Shown: positions 13,987 to 30,850 of the stretch, piece after piece
How positions within the stretch are numbered: the first letter of the stretch is position 1
How the letters are laid out: every line of letters starts with the position of its first letter
From: Lingula anatina
Lineage: Eukaryota > Animalia > Brachiopoda
Assembly (NCBI GenBank): GCA_051362555.1
Contig: CM120648.1
Coordinates: 1,031,721-1,095,720, forward strand
Direction: 5' to 3'
DNA length: 64,000 nucleotides
The notes under the pieces: model-generated
Databases searched by the model: none
What the model saw: the letters and a program-made list of their open reading frames with translations, nothing else
What the model was told of the DNA's origin: nothing
Translations under genes and position numbers: made by a program

Positions 13987-15753
13987 GATTGCCAGTATAT
14001 GACTTCATATTCAAGTTCAATAGTAACTATGGACCTATCTCTGCCAGTTTTGGAGATAAAAGGAAACCATTTTTTTGTCTGTACATTTGACAGCTTTGCT
14101 GCCTTGTTGATAAATAGAATTGAAAATGAAATTGAAATTGAAAATGTGTCGTCTGCGATTTATTATAAAATTCATGCGTTAGCACTCCTACTGGCGCTTC
14201 TGATGTATACGGCTGTGCTAGCATGAATTTTCGTGCTACGATTTATTGTACTTTCTAAAGATTATAATGGTATAAAATGTATTCCATTCCAGTTCTATAA
14301 AAATGTATTTTTATTAGTAATCAGCAGTTACATTTTCATTCCTGACCGTCACGGTTTGAATGAGAGATGGTGAAAGGCGCGTTCAGATTTGAAATGAGCC
14401 TGCCCTATTTGAAGTCTTCCCGGCATCGTCTGATGTCAACTTTAATTCCTCAGTTTTTTCCATAACTGTGGTGTGACGAAGTTATTGCATATCCTTTGGG
14501 AGAAACTATATAAATGTTATTGCACCTATGTAGAAGACATATTTTAAGGGCTCAGACACCTCGTTTATTGGCAAATTTTTATGTTTAAACCCGCACAGAT
14601 TATGCATCTATAGTGAAGATGGTATAGATGTGAAAATGCAGCACAATTGATATCAATCTCACCTACCACAGTTGATGTCAATCTCAGCCGTGCAGAAGCA
14701 AATTGTACACTTAAAACTTTTTAAACATTTTAAACATTTTCCCTTTACCAATAAGGCTTTCTCTATGCTAACCTTTTTACTTATTCTAATTTTCGATATG
14801 CACGCTCGCTTGTGAAATCCACGTTTATCTATTACGAGAATGACTCAACCCTAGACACTCGGTTCTTAAAAGAGGATTACGTATTGCTCTTCTGTGAAAA
14901 GTGTTGTATAAGTTCCACCTCTCATGATTAAAGAAAATTTGTTGCTATACACTGGTCTAATGCGCATATCCTTATAGCAAGGACGAAAGATTTACTGAAT
15001 GTTTGCGTTACTTGTGCTATATCCTTTCTTCGGTGGAAAAGCGCCATGCACACGCCTGCCATCAATGTATTTGTATTAATAACCAGCTTTTCGTTATTTT
15101 ACTGAACGCCAGGAGGAGGTGTCTTAAATTGCTTATCTGATTGCATTTAGCAAGAATTCCCGATGAGTTCAATCGATCTACTTTTAGTGATAGTTTCATT
15201 TGGAAGTGCCCTTACATTTCAAAAAGAGCTATCGACGGCAGACACTTGTTTCGAGGGGTGTGACGGATTTTAAGGTCTGAATTGGGAATGATATATGTAG
15301 ACATGAAGGAGATGTAGACAATATGGTTTGGAAAATTTTCAGTGCATTTTTAAATCAAATTGTCAGTTGTCCAGTGCATTTGCCCAGGTATTGTTGGTAA
15401 TATATAAATTTTCTTTCAGTTCTTTTTCATTCCCAGATAAGTGTTTGTTGGGTAATGTGATCCAGCATAAACACACACTGTACTTGGAATTGATGATTTT
15501 ATACTTTTTCACACCAGTTCCTGCAACTGGTAGATAAGACCATTCAATTATTATTTTTTGTTGTTGATGATCAATGAGAAAAAATAGTTCATTGGTTCAT
15601 TCAAGTTTTAATTACATTTAAAATTCATTCAAGAGTAAATGTTTCACAACTATATCAATGTGAACTTACAGGTACCATTACAACTATTACAATACAGAGA
15701 ATCGATGTATATGACCGAGACGAGATAATGTCCATAGGCCATACAGTTTTACT

Positions 15754-17382
15754 AGGGTAGAGTAAATAATAACTTTTTTTGGAAATCTCTCAGGGAACAG
15801 GTGATTTTAGAGGCAAAATAGGCCAAAAAGTTCATTTCTGATGAGAAATTTGAGCTAGGAGCATTCTTTAGGTCGGTAATTTTACTATTTTTGAAAACGC
15901 ATATAAAGCATATGCACTGCATATACAGTAACTGTAGTAATTATATGTATGCATATAATTGTATTGAAAAGTGTTGAGTGAAGCACAAATTTTGATAAGT
16001 GAATGTTTTATATGGCATAAAATGATGCTAAACACACATGTGCAACTATTTTTTTTTTTCTCACAACAGCCATTAAGGATGGTAAAATGGCAATTTTCAA
16101 AATGGCGGACAAAATGCCCTAACAAGAGTTTCAACATCGACAATTAAAGGAACCTATGTTTTTATTATGCCTTTTCTTATGTTTTTAAGGTTGTACAATA
16201 TTTATTCTTATGTTAACACTGGCATTGTTACATTTATAATTGAGTTTGGTTACCTTGTTGGTTGATAGTTTACTGTCAAGCTTAGAAGAAGAGCCAGATC
16301 TCAGTTAGTCAAAACGAGGAGTGATAAGATATCTCAAGTTCTGCTGGATGTGAATTATGAGGAAGAATCAGAGTTATCCTGACCCCAAGCAACCAATGGG
16401 GGAATGTCATTAAATTATTAAAAAGAAATGGATAGAATATTTTTGTTCTGCTCTTAAGAAGTCGGAGAAATAATCACTATCCTGTACTGAGACCAGCAAA
16501 GAAGTTGCCTGAGAAATATCCAATGTCTGGATGTCCAAGAATATCTTTCCTCTCTTTAAGAACATTTACAACAGAATAACTGTATATTGAGGCTACATAT
16601 AAAAAGCATTGTGCTTATGCATGATGAATCTTAAACACTATTTGTCACGTTTTGATTGAAATCTTTCACTTTTGTATATCATCCTTGCACTTCACAGGCA
16701 GTTTAATGCTTAATACGTTCCCCAAATATAGCATAATCCAACATACTTCTGTTGGGAATGTACTTCTCAAAGATTGTAAAAATACTTTTTGGGGATTCAG
16801 GCATTGGAGATTTCTCTGGCAACTGCTTTGCTAGCCTCAGCTTATGATAGGGATGTCTTACGGCTTCATACATGTAAATCATGTAAAAGTGTATCATCCA
16901 TGCTATTGTAATAATTTTAAAAAATGTTTACTTTATGGTAAGGTTGATTCTCCATTATAATTCCCTTCCAACAGATGTTGGGAAATCATATCACTCCTCA
17001 TTTTGATTGATCAAGATGACTGAGGTTGTTCATTTCCCCCATTATCGAAGATTCTGGCTCTTCACTCTAGCTTGACAGTTAACAGTCAGCTGACATTGTA
17101 ACTAAACTAACTCACTGTAAAATGTATCAATCTCAGTTTTAACATCAGAAATAGATTCTACAACCCCAAAAACATAAGAAAAGACATATGACACACCATA
17201 ATACCTTTAATTGTTGTTAATGAAGTTTTGGGTAGGCCGTTTTGGCTGCCATTTTGAAAATTGTCATTTTACCGACCTTAATAATTGTTTTATAAAAAAA
17301 TGATTGTCAGATTTGTGTTCAGCATCAAATTTCGCCTCAAAAAACACCTGTTATGGATTTTTTTTTAGATTTACCCTACCCT
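15754..17382. mobile_element. Non-autonomous DNA transposon with long degenerate inverted repeats (Mutator/foldback-like)
   Basis: Absent at the homologous site in unit A (tacagttttactcatagg, ~4371-4388). Termini AGGGTAGAGTAAAT / ATTTACCCTACCCT with direct repeat AGTTTTACT at 15745-15753 and 17383-17391 (9 bp; 7 or 5 bp if TIRs are drawn longer). Internal inverted homology ~16030-16300 vs ~17050-17330. Confidence 0.8.
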
Positions 17383-17460
17383 AGTTTTACTCATATGTAG
17401 TCTCATTTCATCAGAAGTATAGTCTCTTACCATGATATACTTGTATGTAGGCTTGCAATA

Positions 17461-17672
17461 AGGCACTTAACTTTACATACTGTTCCATACAACATGCAAT
17501 GCACATTGAATTTTACATACAACCCCATACAACATGTAATGCACATTGAACTTTACATACAGTTCCATACAACATATAATGCACATTGTCATTGAACTTT
17601 ACATACAGTTCCATACAACATGTAATGCACATTGAACTTTACATACAGCCCCATACAACATGTAATGCACAT
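17461..17672. repeat. Same 40-bp minisatellite, ~5 copies (paralogous position in unit B)
   Basis: AATGCACATTGAACTTTACATACAGTTCCATACAACAT units, one with a small internal insertion. Confidence 0.9.
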
Positions 17673-18077
17673 TACCATTTTATACATGTTAATGTTGCCG
17701 TGATGAAAATACAGGACCTAGGCAAAATTGAATAATTATACAAATCCAAATAGCAGATTATATTTTTTTTTAATCTAATAAAGTATTTCACATGCATGAT
17801 TTTACACATATTTCCTGAATCAAACTATATAAAGTTCATAAGTTTCAAATTCATAGATCATGTGTCATGTTGTTCTGCAACTGACAAACTAATCCATGTT
17901 GGATTCTAAACGTAAACCAAATAAACTATCATGTTAGTTGAATCTGCCTGTGTCTAAAGGGATCTAAAAAGTTGATTCTGCTCTTAATCCCCCAAACCGT
18001 CAATTTTCCCTGACCAGAAACGTAACAATTTAAGCGTTCCTCCGCAACAAACCAACAAAGCGCGGGAGTAAAGATGG

Positions 18078-21000
18078 TCACGCCTCTGTTTCTTTGTCTG
18101 CAGATACTTGTTTTTGTTTGTTATGTCTGGCTACAGGAGTGTCGCGTGCCGTTGATTCTTCTTTCTTACCACATAACTTAACGTTGGCAAGTGTGTACAA
18201 ATAGGGGTTGATAGCGGAGTTGAACGGCATCACGAACACGGCTACCCAGCTTGACACTTGCGGTGCAATTGGCACGTTGGCCATACTTAGAAACCCTAAC
18301 AATACCACCGGCCCCCAGCATACAAAATCTGTTAGTAAAATAATGGACACTTTTTTCAAAAAAGTAACTTCATCAAAACCCTCACGTCCAGACTGCTGTT
18401 GAGTCTCAAAGGCGGTTTTTATTATGCATATGTATGCCCCTGCCACGTAGACAAAAGCGAAAAGAGTGGTAAATAAAAACATGGCGTAGGTGTACTCACG
18501 ACCACCAAAGTATACTCTGCTTATAGTAAAGGGTATACATACGGAATTATGACCATAGAATTTCTCAAAATATCCATTTTCGAAACAAGGAATGATACTT
18601 GCGATAAAGCAAAAGACCCAACCAACTGTCACTAAAACGGACGCTCTTTTCATTCCAATTTTTCGAAACGACATACAGAACACAATGGCTATCATTCTGT
18701 CTGTTGTAATCAGAACTAATATCAGCATAGACATCAATGTTGAAAGCATTGTAAGGAACCCCGCAGTCTTGCATAACATACTATCTGTCCAGACCTCGGC
18801 ATGAACAAAATACTCCCCACGGTAGAGGGTGTCAACCGTGGCGATTATGATCAAATATACACCCATTAGAAAATCTGAAACTGAGAGGTTAACTATGAAA
18901 AATATTGGAGGGGTAATTTTGTATTCACGTAGTCTGTTCACAAAAACAAAAAGGTTCCCAACCAAACTAAGAATACCCATAACCCAGACAGAGACTTGTA
19001 AGAACTTGTCGTAAAGCAGATCGGAGCATGACGAAAATTCGTCAGGTTTAGGTAAACATTCGTCTACTTTCCCAACAGTGAGACAACAGATTCCAAACCT
19101 GTCTGTTATTAATGTTTTAGCTGAAAAATTTACGAAAACTTCCATTTCGACAAACATGCCCTCATTCCCAGACATATCAACTTTATCCAATTTGGGCAAA
19201 CCCTGAAAAGCACCATCCTTTATCGTGGATATTTTGTTGAAACTTATATTCAGATTTTTTAACGAGTCTAAGCCTTTAAATGTATGTGCATGAATGGTCT
19301 TAATATGAAGCCTACTAAGATCCAAAGCACATAGGGCTGAAACACCATCAAATGTGCCGGGGAAAATTCTAGATAATGGGTTTCCACTTAGCAACAAGGT
19401 TTTCAAATTAAACAAACCTTTCAAGGCATTTGCTTGCAAAGAAGACAATTTGTTACCCCGTAGGTCCAACTCTAACAGGTTATTTAAATTAACGAATGCC
19501 ATGATAGGAATGATATCGATTTCGTTTGAACTGATATTAAGTTTCACAAGAAAATGATGACTCGCAAACGTTTCGTTTGTTAAATGAAGTTTGTTGTCCC
19601 CAAAAGCAAGGACTCTGGTGAATGGCGATATATTCGGTACCTTGGTTGCATTTCCTCCCGTGCAGTCTACGTAATACCCACTACAAACACAGTTCATGGG
19701 GCATGTCTTTATGTCACAGAACCTTTCGTCATCATCAGAAAATTTGCAGTTGACCACACCATTGCATACCTCGCTCTGGTGCAGACATTGCCGTTCTCCT
19801 TTACACCTGAAACCACCAGGACATGTGTAATTAGCACAACCATACTCGTCCTCTCCTCTTGGACAATCTTTCTCCCCGTCGCACACTTGTCGAAGTGGGA
19901 CACAATACGAGCCAGGGCACTTGTACATGTGTGGACACTGAAAACTAGCGCAGTTTTGTAAATGTTCAAATCCTCTGCATGTTTGAAATCGTTCGTGCTT
20001 GATTTTGTCGTGAACGCAAGCCAGTTGTCGATCAATACACCGAACATGTTCATGCGTGCATCTCATTTCATTAGTCTTTGAGCAATAAGGCAGAGATACA
20101 GGGAGTGACCAAGCACCAGCTTGGCAATTTAAGGACATGCGCTTAATAACTGGAATCATTGAAAGTGACTCATCCTCTTGTGTCACACCAAAGCAATCTG
20201 GATAGCGATCGTCCACATTTTGAGGAGCTAAACATTTGCCAGAGTAACACTTTTCACAGGGGCACAAAATTTGGGGAATTTCGTCGGATCCGTCTAAGCA
20301 GTCTTTAAAAAAGTTGCACTTGTCTTTCTCGTCGATACATTCCCCATTCTGGCATCTGTACTGCCCTGTTTTACACGGCGGATAAATACAAAAATTCTCG
20401 TCATCGGTTCCATTAGGACAGTCGTTGACATGATTACATACTTTACTAATTGGGATGCATGTGCCATCGGAACAACTGAAAGTGTGTTGTCCACACGTAC
20501 AATTCTTCTCATCTTCTCCTTCAGCGCAGTCTGAGGTCCCATCACACACATTAACACTAGATATACAACTGCCATCTTCACATCCAAACTGGTGCTGTGA
20601 ACAGTTGAAAATGTTGCGTTTCGAGGCTATCTCACAAAGAGCCAAGAGCGACTCACGGTGGTCAACGTGTTGGCATAGTCCTCCCATGTCATCTATGAAC
20701 TGATGGTTGTCATATATAAGCCTTCTGCATATGTTTTCTGGGAACTTCACCCACACAGCTAAGATATTTGAGAGTGGTCTTGATAAATTTTTATCGAAAC
20801 TTCTTGGGGATATCCAAGTGAGTTCCTTGCCCCAAATACTAATGTACTGAAGAATATCTCGGTCCTTGTGAAAAGTGCTGTTAAAGGGGGCTAAATCTCC
20901 ACCCAGGGACCTGCATGCCTCCACAGCTGCGCTATAGGTGAGGTTGGTGCCTGGCGGTAAGGACCAATATTGTGGGTGATAATGAGACACATACGTCGTT

Positions 21001-23076
21001 TTGTATCCAACTTGTTCTACGGCTTCAATTTTGGCAAGGGCGTACAGAAGCACACAGCGTCCCGCTATATACACCCAATCCTCTGGACAGTAGGTTTCAT
21101 GGTGCGTATACCACTGGGACGCTGGGGAATCCACCAGCAATGATTTGGAAGCGGGTGTAGTTGAATTCTTTTTTGACGCCAAGGCTGCGGGCTTTTTACA
21201 GATGGCAGTCATACAGCAGATTGGTTGATGACACGGGACTTTGGCCCAGTTCCCCCAGCGTGTTTTCCCGTGTGGAGGCGGTAGAAATCCCATCATAATA
21301 CCACAGTCGCGTTCGTCCCCTCGGACCGGCTGCAGAACTTCTTCCGTAACAATTGTTTTCAGTAAACTTGGCATCTTACACGAATTGAATCCATAAATTT
21401 TTGGGCCGTACCATTCACTGTATACAAAAGCTCCCCCATCCGTCCAGTTGTAATGCTGTAAGATGAAATCATCTGATTCATTGGGAAGTGTAGAGAGGAG
21501 GTATGGCATGCAACCGTCACATGGAAGGACCACACTCAAACAAACACACGATATATATATGTACGTTAATGATTCGATCTTTTCAGTGTGGAAAAATTGA
21601 TCAATTTTCCAGTAACATGATTTTGGAATCATTAAAAGTGTATTTCTGTGTAGCTTATACTGTATAGAAAGGAACTATTATATGTAGTCTGCTTTTCAGT
21701 TTTGTTGCAACCAGTTAATAGGAATGTTCTAATTCTGAGAATTTGAGTTTAAAAATACAGTGTCTGTAAACTTCACAACTTATTCCATTGAAAATGACGA
21801 ACCCTTACGATGACCTGTTTGTATATATATCTCATAATTGAAAATTGTTAGAAGCTAGAACTGTGATTATCTTGCAATATTTATACACATGATTTGCAAT
21901 TCAAATCATTGGTGTTCAAAAGTTAAAATTCTGAAGAAAAAAACCTACCTGGTCTGTAGATTTTAGTCCTATGTAGATTGCGCTGTTATAGTAGAAAGAA
22001 GAACATGAACCTACTAAATATACCTTTTCAACGCTATTCAGAATTCTACCCAGAAAGCGAGCTTCACGCCGTGTTTGTATGCTAACAAGATGTCCTGAAT
22101 CTCTGTCACACTCGGTCTCAGCTTTGGACCACGTGATTGATCCACTATAACGCCTAAACAGGTAACAGTTCCCCTCAAAAAGGCTGTATCCTGGTTGGCA
22201 TGAAAATGGTTCCACCATTTTACGGGAAACAGCTTTGTACTTAGCACGTACGTCGTATTGCTGTGCGCCGTCACACGGTATCCATTCAATGCTCATTTGG
22301 TCATAATTTCCATGAAGGGATGAAAATTGATTAGAACTATTCATGCTATGGGTATACAATTTTACCTCATTGTATTCTGTCACGTCATAAAAAGTAAACG
22401 TCCCGCAAAGGACATTAAAGTTTTTTTCAAGTGTTATTTGCAAGATGTGATCAGCAGGAGCGGTCAAATAAAACTTACACCCTGCTGTCAAATAACCGTG
22501 ATTTATTCTGACCCAGCCTTCATACGGTGATGTGACCACGTGCGTGCACGGCACGTGGCGACCTTCAAAATCCTCCACCACATCTATATCAGCCTTCAAC
22601 CCTGTGGCACGGACATCAAGATCGCTACTAAATATAACCTCAACGGAACTGTTAAAGTACAGTTCAACATTTAGAATACTGGGTTTGGAAAATGTGTGTG
22701 AGCCACACACTGCCCCCCAAAGCGTGTATATATCTTTATCTATACTCCGATAATACGGCATGTCAGAATCAAGGTGTCTGTGCTTTTGACGAGAAATAAT
22801 CACCACGTAGTCTTTGTCGCATCCTCCTGAAAGTTCTAGGTCAAATTTAGTGAAGCGAACGCTAGCCCACTTATAATCTGGCACCTCGATCTTTTCAGTC
22901 AAAGTTGCCTCATTTGGATAGGTAGACCCGCGTCGTGGTACAACAAATCTAATGCCACATACTGGTTGGTCGCAGAGTATAGCAAATGCCAGGAGGATGT
23001 GGCAGTAAAAGTATCCGTTTATTGTCCATCTGTCCATCGCTTGACCATCTCCAACTGACGATGTATGTCCTAACAT
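18078..23076 (-). CDS. GRL101-like leucine-rich-repeat GPCR (LGR type C), copy B, intact; SP-CUB-CUB-CTL-CTL-LDLa repeats-LRR-7TM; ~1501 aa
   Basis: Exon 1 23076-21949 (376 codons, donor CAG|GTAGGT), intron 21948-21456, exon 2 21455-18078 (acceptor TTACAG|CAT); phase-0 join STDQ|HYNWTDG completes a C-type lectin domain. CUB motifs (YPN..FTKFDLE..C.KDYV..CG), LDLa repeats (CEDGSCI..VCDG..DC..GEDE), LRRNT plus LRRs, LGR-C hinge (ICC..PKPDEFSSCSDLL), 7TM motifs (GN, NLSVSD, TDR, NSAINPYLY). The true start may be the second Met (MDRWT.., followed by a hydrophobic signal peptide). Confidence 0.92.
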
Positions 23077-23795
23077 TGTGTGAAAAGAATGGTTTTCTAT
23101 TAGTCCTCAACGAAAACTCTAATCCATGAGTGTGCGCGTGCGTGTGTTTTGTCTACCCCAATTACTGATGCCAAAAAACCTGTAACATTGAACATAGTAC
23201 GTGCCTCTGTAGAGAGAGAAACTTGACATGGATGTGGTTGCAACCTAGAAGGAAAGCGGAACAAGGTCGGACGAACATCATACAAACCTGCATTCACTGC
23301 AGGGACGGGTTTTCATATAAAAACTTCCAATTAAAGGTCACAGCTTACTTCAAAGTAATGCCAGTAAATTGAATTATAGGCTATCATATTTAACGCACTG
23401 TAGATTATCGTTATATGTTGTTATTTGCTGACGGGACAAGGATAGTGTTTAGTTCTAATTTTTATAAATAATTCATACCGTACATGAAATTTCCACGTTC
23501 ATTTTTGTGAAGATCAAAGCCCTCTATAAGTGAATGCTCTAGTAGGACCGCAAGATCAATCAACTTCTCTTGCCCAGACAGTGCAAAGTAGTTCGTTATA
23601 TCCCGTTTCCAGCTTAAATACAGGTATATGCCATGGTCATTTTGCACCATACGTGTGAATGATTGTTTCAAACAAATGATATACTGCAGAAATCTGTGAA
23701 GTTTTCATTGTTGTACAGGAAAAAAAAAACAAAAAAACGTACATGTACTTGTACAGTTTATTTTTCATCCATAATGCAACTTCATTGTACATTAA

Positions 23796-23956
23796 CAGGC
23801 CAGCAAATTCAAACGGGGGGTTCTTTTTCTGAAAAAGTGGTCCTTTTACAATGAAACTTATGTGCACCTAGATTTAATTTTACCCAAAATGGACCTTTTC
23901 CTGGCAAAAGGGGCGGTTCTCTCGAACCCCCCGAACCCTCCATGGCTACGGGCCTG
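23796..23956 (-). mobile_element. MITE (CAGGCC...GGGCCTG termini), 5-bp TSD ATTAA
   Basis: Reverse-complement relative of 27503-27687; flanked by ATTAA at 23791-23795 and 23957-23961; absent from unit A. Confidence 0.8.
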
Positions 23957-24281
23957 ATTAACTAATCCAGGAAATTGTAAATGATTTTGAAAATTGTCTA
24001 GCGAAGCGAGGCCAAAATAAAACTGCAGATGATTTAAATTACATGATACTGGTATATAGGGCATAGAAAAATGGTTTTCTTTTGTCTGGAATTGCTTGGT
24101 ATATTTTTAGGGGTGAACAGGGTGGATAAGGCGTTACCTCTGAAACAAAGGGGGCACGTTCCAAATACCTTGGGTCTGCCTTTGATACAAGTATAGGCAT
24201 TTGTTGCCGAAGTTCTCGCAACAAAGGGATTTCCAGTGACATATTCAACCAAATGAGCATTTATGAGATTCGTACAAAGTA

Positions 24282-24301
24282 TCTATCTATCTATCTATCT
24301 A

Positions 24302-24392
<91 letters not shown>
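24282..24392. repeat. Compound (TCTA)n(TA)n(GA)n microsatellite
   Basis: Direct reading. Confidence 0.95.
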
Positions 24393-24396
<4 letters not shown>

Positions 24397-26401
24397 TCGG
24401 GCCTGTGGGGTGTTCTCTTAACATCGACATTGGTATCATCCCAGTCCATTTCAATTAGATTTAAATTCCCAGCTGATGAAATATTTTTGATTTGAGAGAC
24501 GAAAAGGAATACTTCGCTATTGAACTGAAAATTTTGATAGCATTATAAAATGTTAGCCCATCGGATATATATATATATATATACTTAAGGATGGGTTAAG
24601 AATTTTTTGCCTTTTTTCCTTTTTATCATCCAGTAAAATGTATCGCTCAAAACCCCACCCTACGTTCTATTGGTTACTCGTTCCAGCAGTTAAATATAAC
24701 TGAAAAATGTTCCCGACGTTGGGCTTATTATTATTTGTAAAAATTGCTTTTGACAAATTGCTTATTTCCCCACAGGATATTAGCAAATGTAGCGTCACTT
24801 TTTCGACAATATACAGGCCTTATAAACGATATTTGTCGTGTGCTAGTACCAGACTTATACATGCATGGGAGCACAAATGCTCAAATAAACGACTCGTGCC
24901 ACGGTGAAGTATCCCAACGCAAAATTAGAAGAAACGAGAACAGTACGCGTCAGTGCAGTTTGCGTGTCCGAAACGCTGTTTTTTACTAATTTTAATTTTG
25001 AGTACTTTATTCGTGGCTCGAGTCGTTAATTTGGGTATTTGTGCTCACGGATCTGAGGCTTGACTTCGCCAACGACTAATCCATTTACAAATCCTCATGC
25101 ATAGCATCTGTTTTGTGGCAATTTGGGGAGGGGGGCGACTTATTACATCCGATTCATGTAATTCTATTCGTCGAAGGCCCAATCCGAATTGGGTGTAATA
25201 CCTACCAGGTACCGCCCCCCCCCCCCCCTACCCCCAAGAAAAAATTTAACATAAAATAAAATGAGAAAATATATACCTTTTTTAGTACCTTTTTAAACTA
25301 AGCAATGCTACAGAGGCATTTTAAAGGAAAGCAATACAGTTTGGAAGTTAAGAGAATGTTTTGGAAACATTTCTTTATATAAGGTTTTTATTATATCATT
25401 CTTAACCGTTTTATTTCATATGAATACCTCATAATTACATTGTCTTCAATACATACAGACAGATTTACATGAACGTAAAGGGCTGTGATATAATACCTTT
25501 GTGAAACCTTTGAAAATTAGTCTCCCGTGACGTCATCAAGAAGAAAAATATTTTCTTGCCATCAAGATGTGCTGCTGGGAATATTTCTTAAAATTTGTAT
25601 TAGAAAGTCACGTTCTTATCACGGGGCTCCTTCAGTTAATATTTCTTACTGCAGTGCTATGTGAGAACTTGATGTAACATCGGACAGTTTACAAAAGTTT
25701 ATCAGGAGTTTGTATAATTATGCTTTTTTTCTAATGACTGAGTGGGATTCTGTAGCTCTGGATCAATAATTGGCAAACCAATTTTATGTGTCATTTTCAC
25801 CTCAAAATTGCATTGTTTATATCCCCCCCCCCCCCCCCCCCAATCCCTTAACAATTTAACCAATCTCTTCCTCTGTTGTTGAAAATAAAGTGTTTAAGGG
25901 GAAAAATTAATACGTAATATTCTAGAGCTGAAAAAAAAAATGAGAAAAAAAATTCTCTTGTTTCCATATAACTCCAGTTTAAAAAAAAGCTTTAATTTAT
26001 AAAATTTTCATCTTTATCCATCATTCTATTTGCCACCCTAAGTAGGAAGCAAGAAAATAATTCTCTCGTTTCCATATCAAAACTCAAGAAGTCAAGCATC
26101 TCTTCTTCAGATGAATTAAGGAGCCTCAATCTTCTTCATTATCCATCATTCCTTGGGTCACCTGTGGCATTTGGCCACTAAAATACATAACACAAGCTAG
26201 TAATAATAATAATAATAATAAACATTGACATCTTCAGTGGCAAGTTTCTCCCATTTAAAGCAACTGTCCTTTCCTCTAGTCTCTCATTAAAATCCAGGAC
26301 TGGGTACCACTGATTTCTATGAACAGCTTTTTTCCTCTGTCACTGAAAATTGTCCCAGAATTCTCAGCACTGTAAGATAGATGTCGCCACCTGTCTAAGA
26401 A

Positions 26402-30533
<4,132 letters not shown>

Positions 30534-30850
30534 TTTTAGGCTGTTTTTGGTACTTAGTGAAATACAAGGAAGTGGCAAGCTTCGCTTTCTCAAGTCCAAA
30601 ATGGCCGAACATCCGGGGTATTGGGAATCTCCAATCACATTTCCCGTTACAATTTTACTCTCCGTAAAGTTGTCTCGGTTTCGATACAGCAATTTATTTT
30701 CAAGTGTTTTCATTCAGTATAGAGTAGACACATGCATTCTTTTCAAATAGAGGCGTATCCGCGGAAAACAGCAGGTGTCAATGTACCTGCAGGTTTAGTC
30801 CTTACCTGCTCTTGACCTATATCTCTCAGAAAGTGCACAACTTGTAAGTA
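30534..30850. promoter_or_regulatory. capzb 5'UTR/promoter region, possibly bidirectional
   Basis: Immediately upstream of the capzb ATG exon; locally CpG-containing; YY1-like CAAAATGGCCG at ~30597-30607; plus-strand donor-like GTAAGT at 30844. Confidence 0.45.

Larger units (their letters stand above)
14145..25160. repeat. Segmental duplication unit B (contains GPCR copy B)
   Basis: Direct-orientation homolog of 3185-12760 with extra segments at ~14833-15258, 15754-17382, ~23165-23350 and 23796-23956. Confidence 0.85.

Noticed and set aside
21456-21632. N-terminal 59 aa of the 1184-aa ORF (and 9172-9252 in copy A) as real protein start
   Set aside because: Lies upstream of the acceptor, is not conserved in frame between copies and has no signal peptide; it is intronic read-through.
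5920-22753. Short plus-strand and alternative-frame ORFs overlapping the GPCR copies
   Set aside because: Shadows of the conserved coding strand; their recurrence in both copies follows from the duplication.
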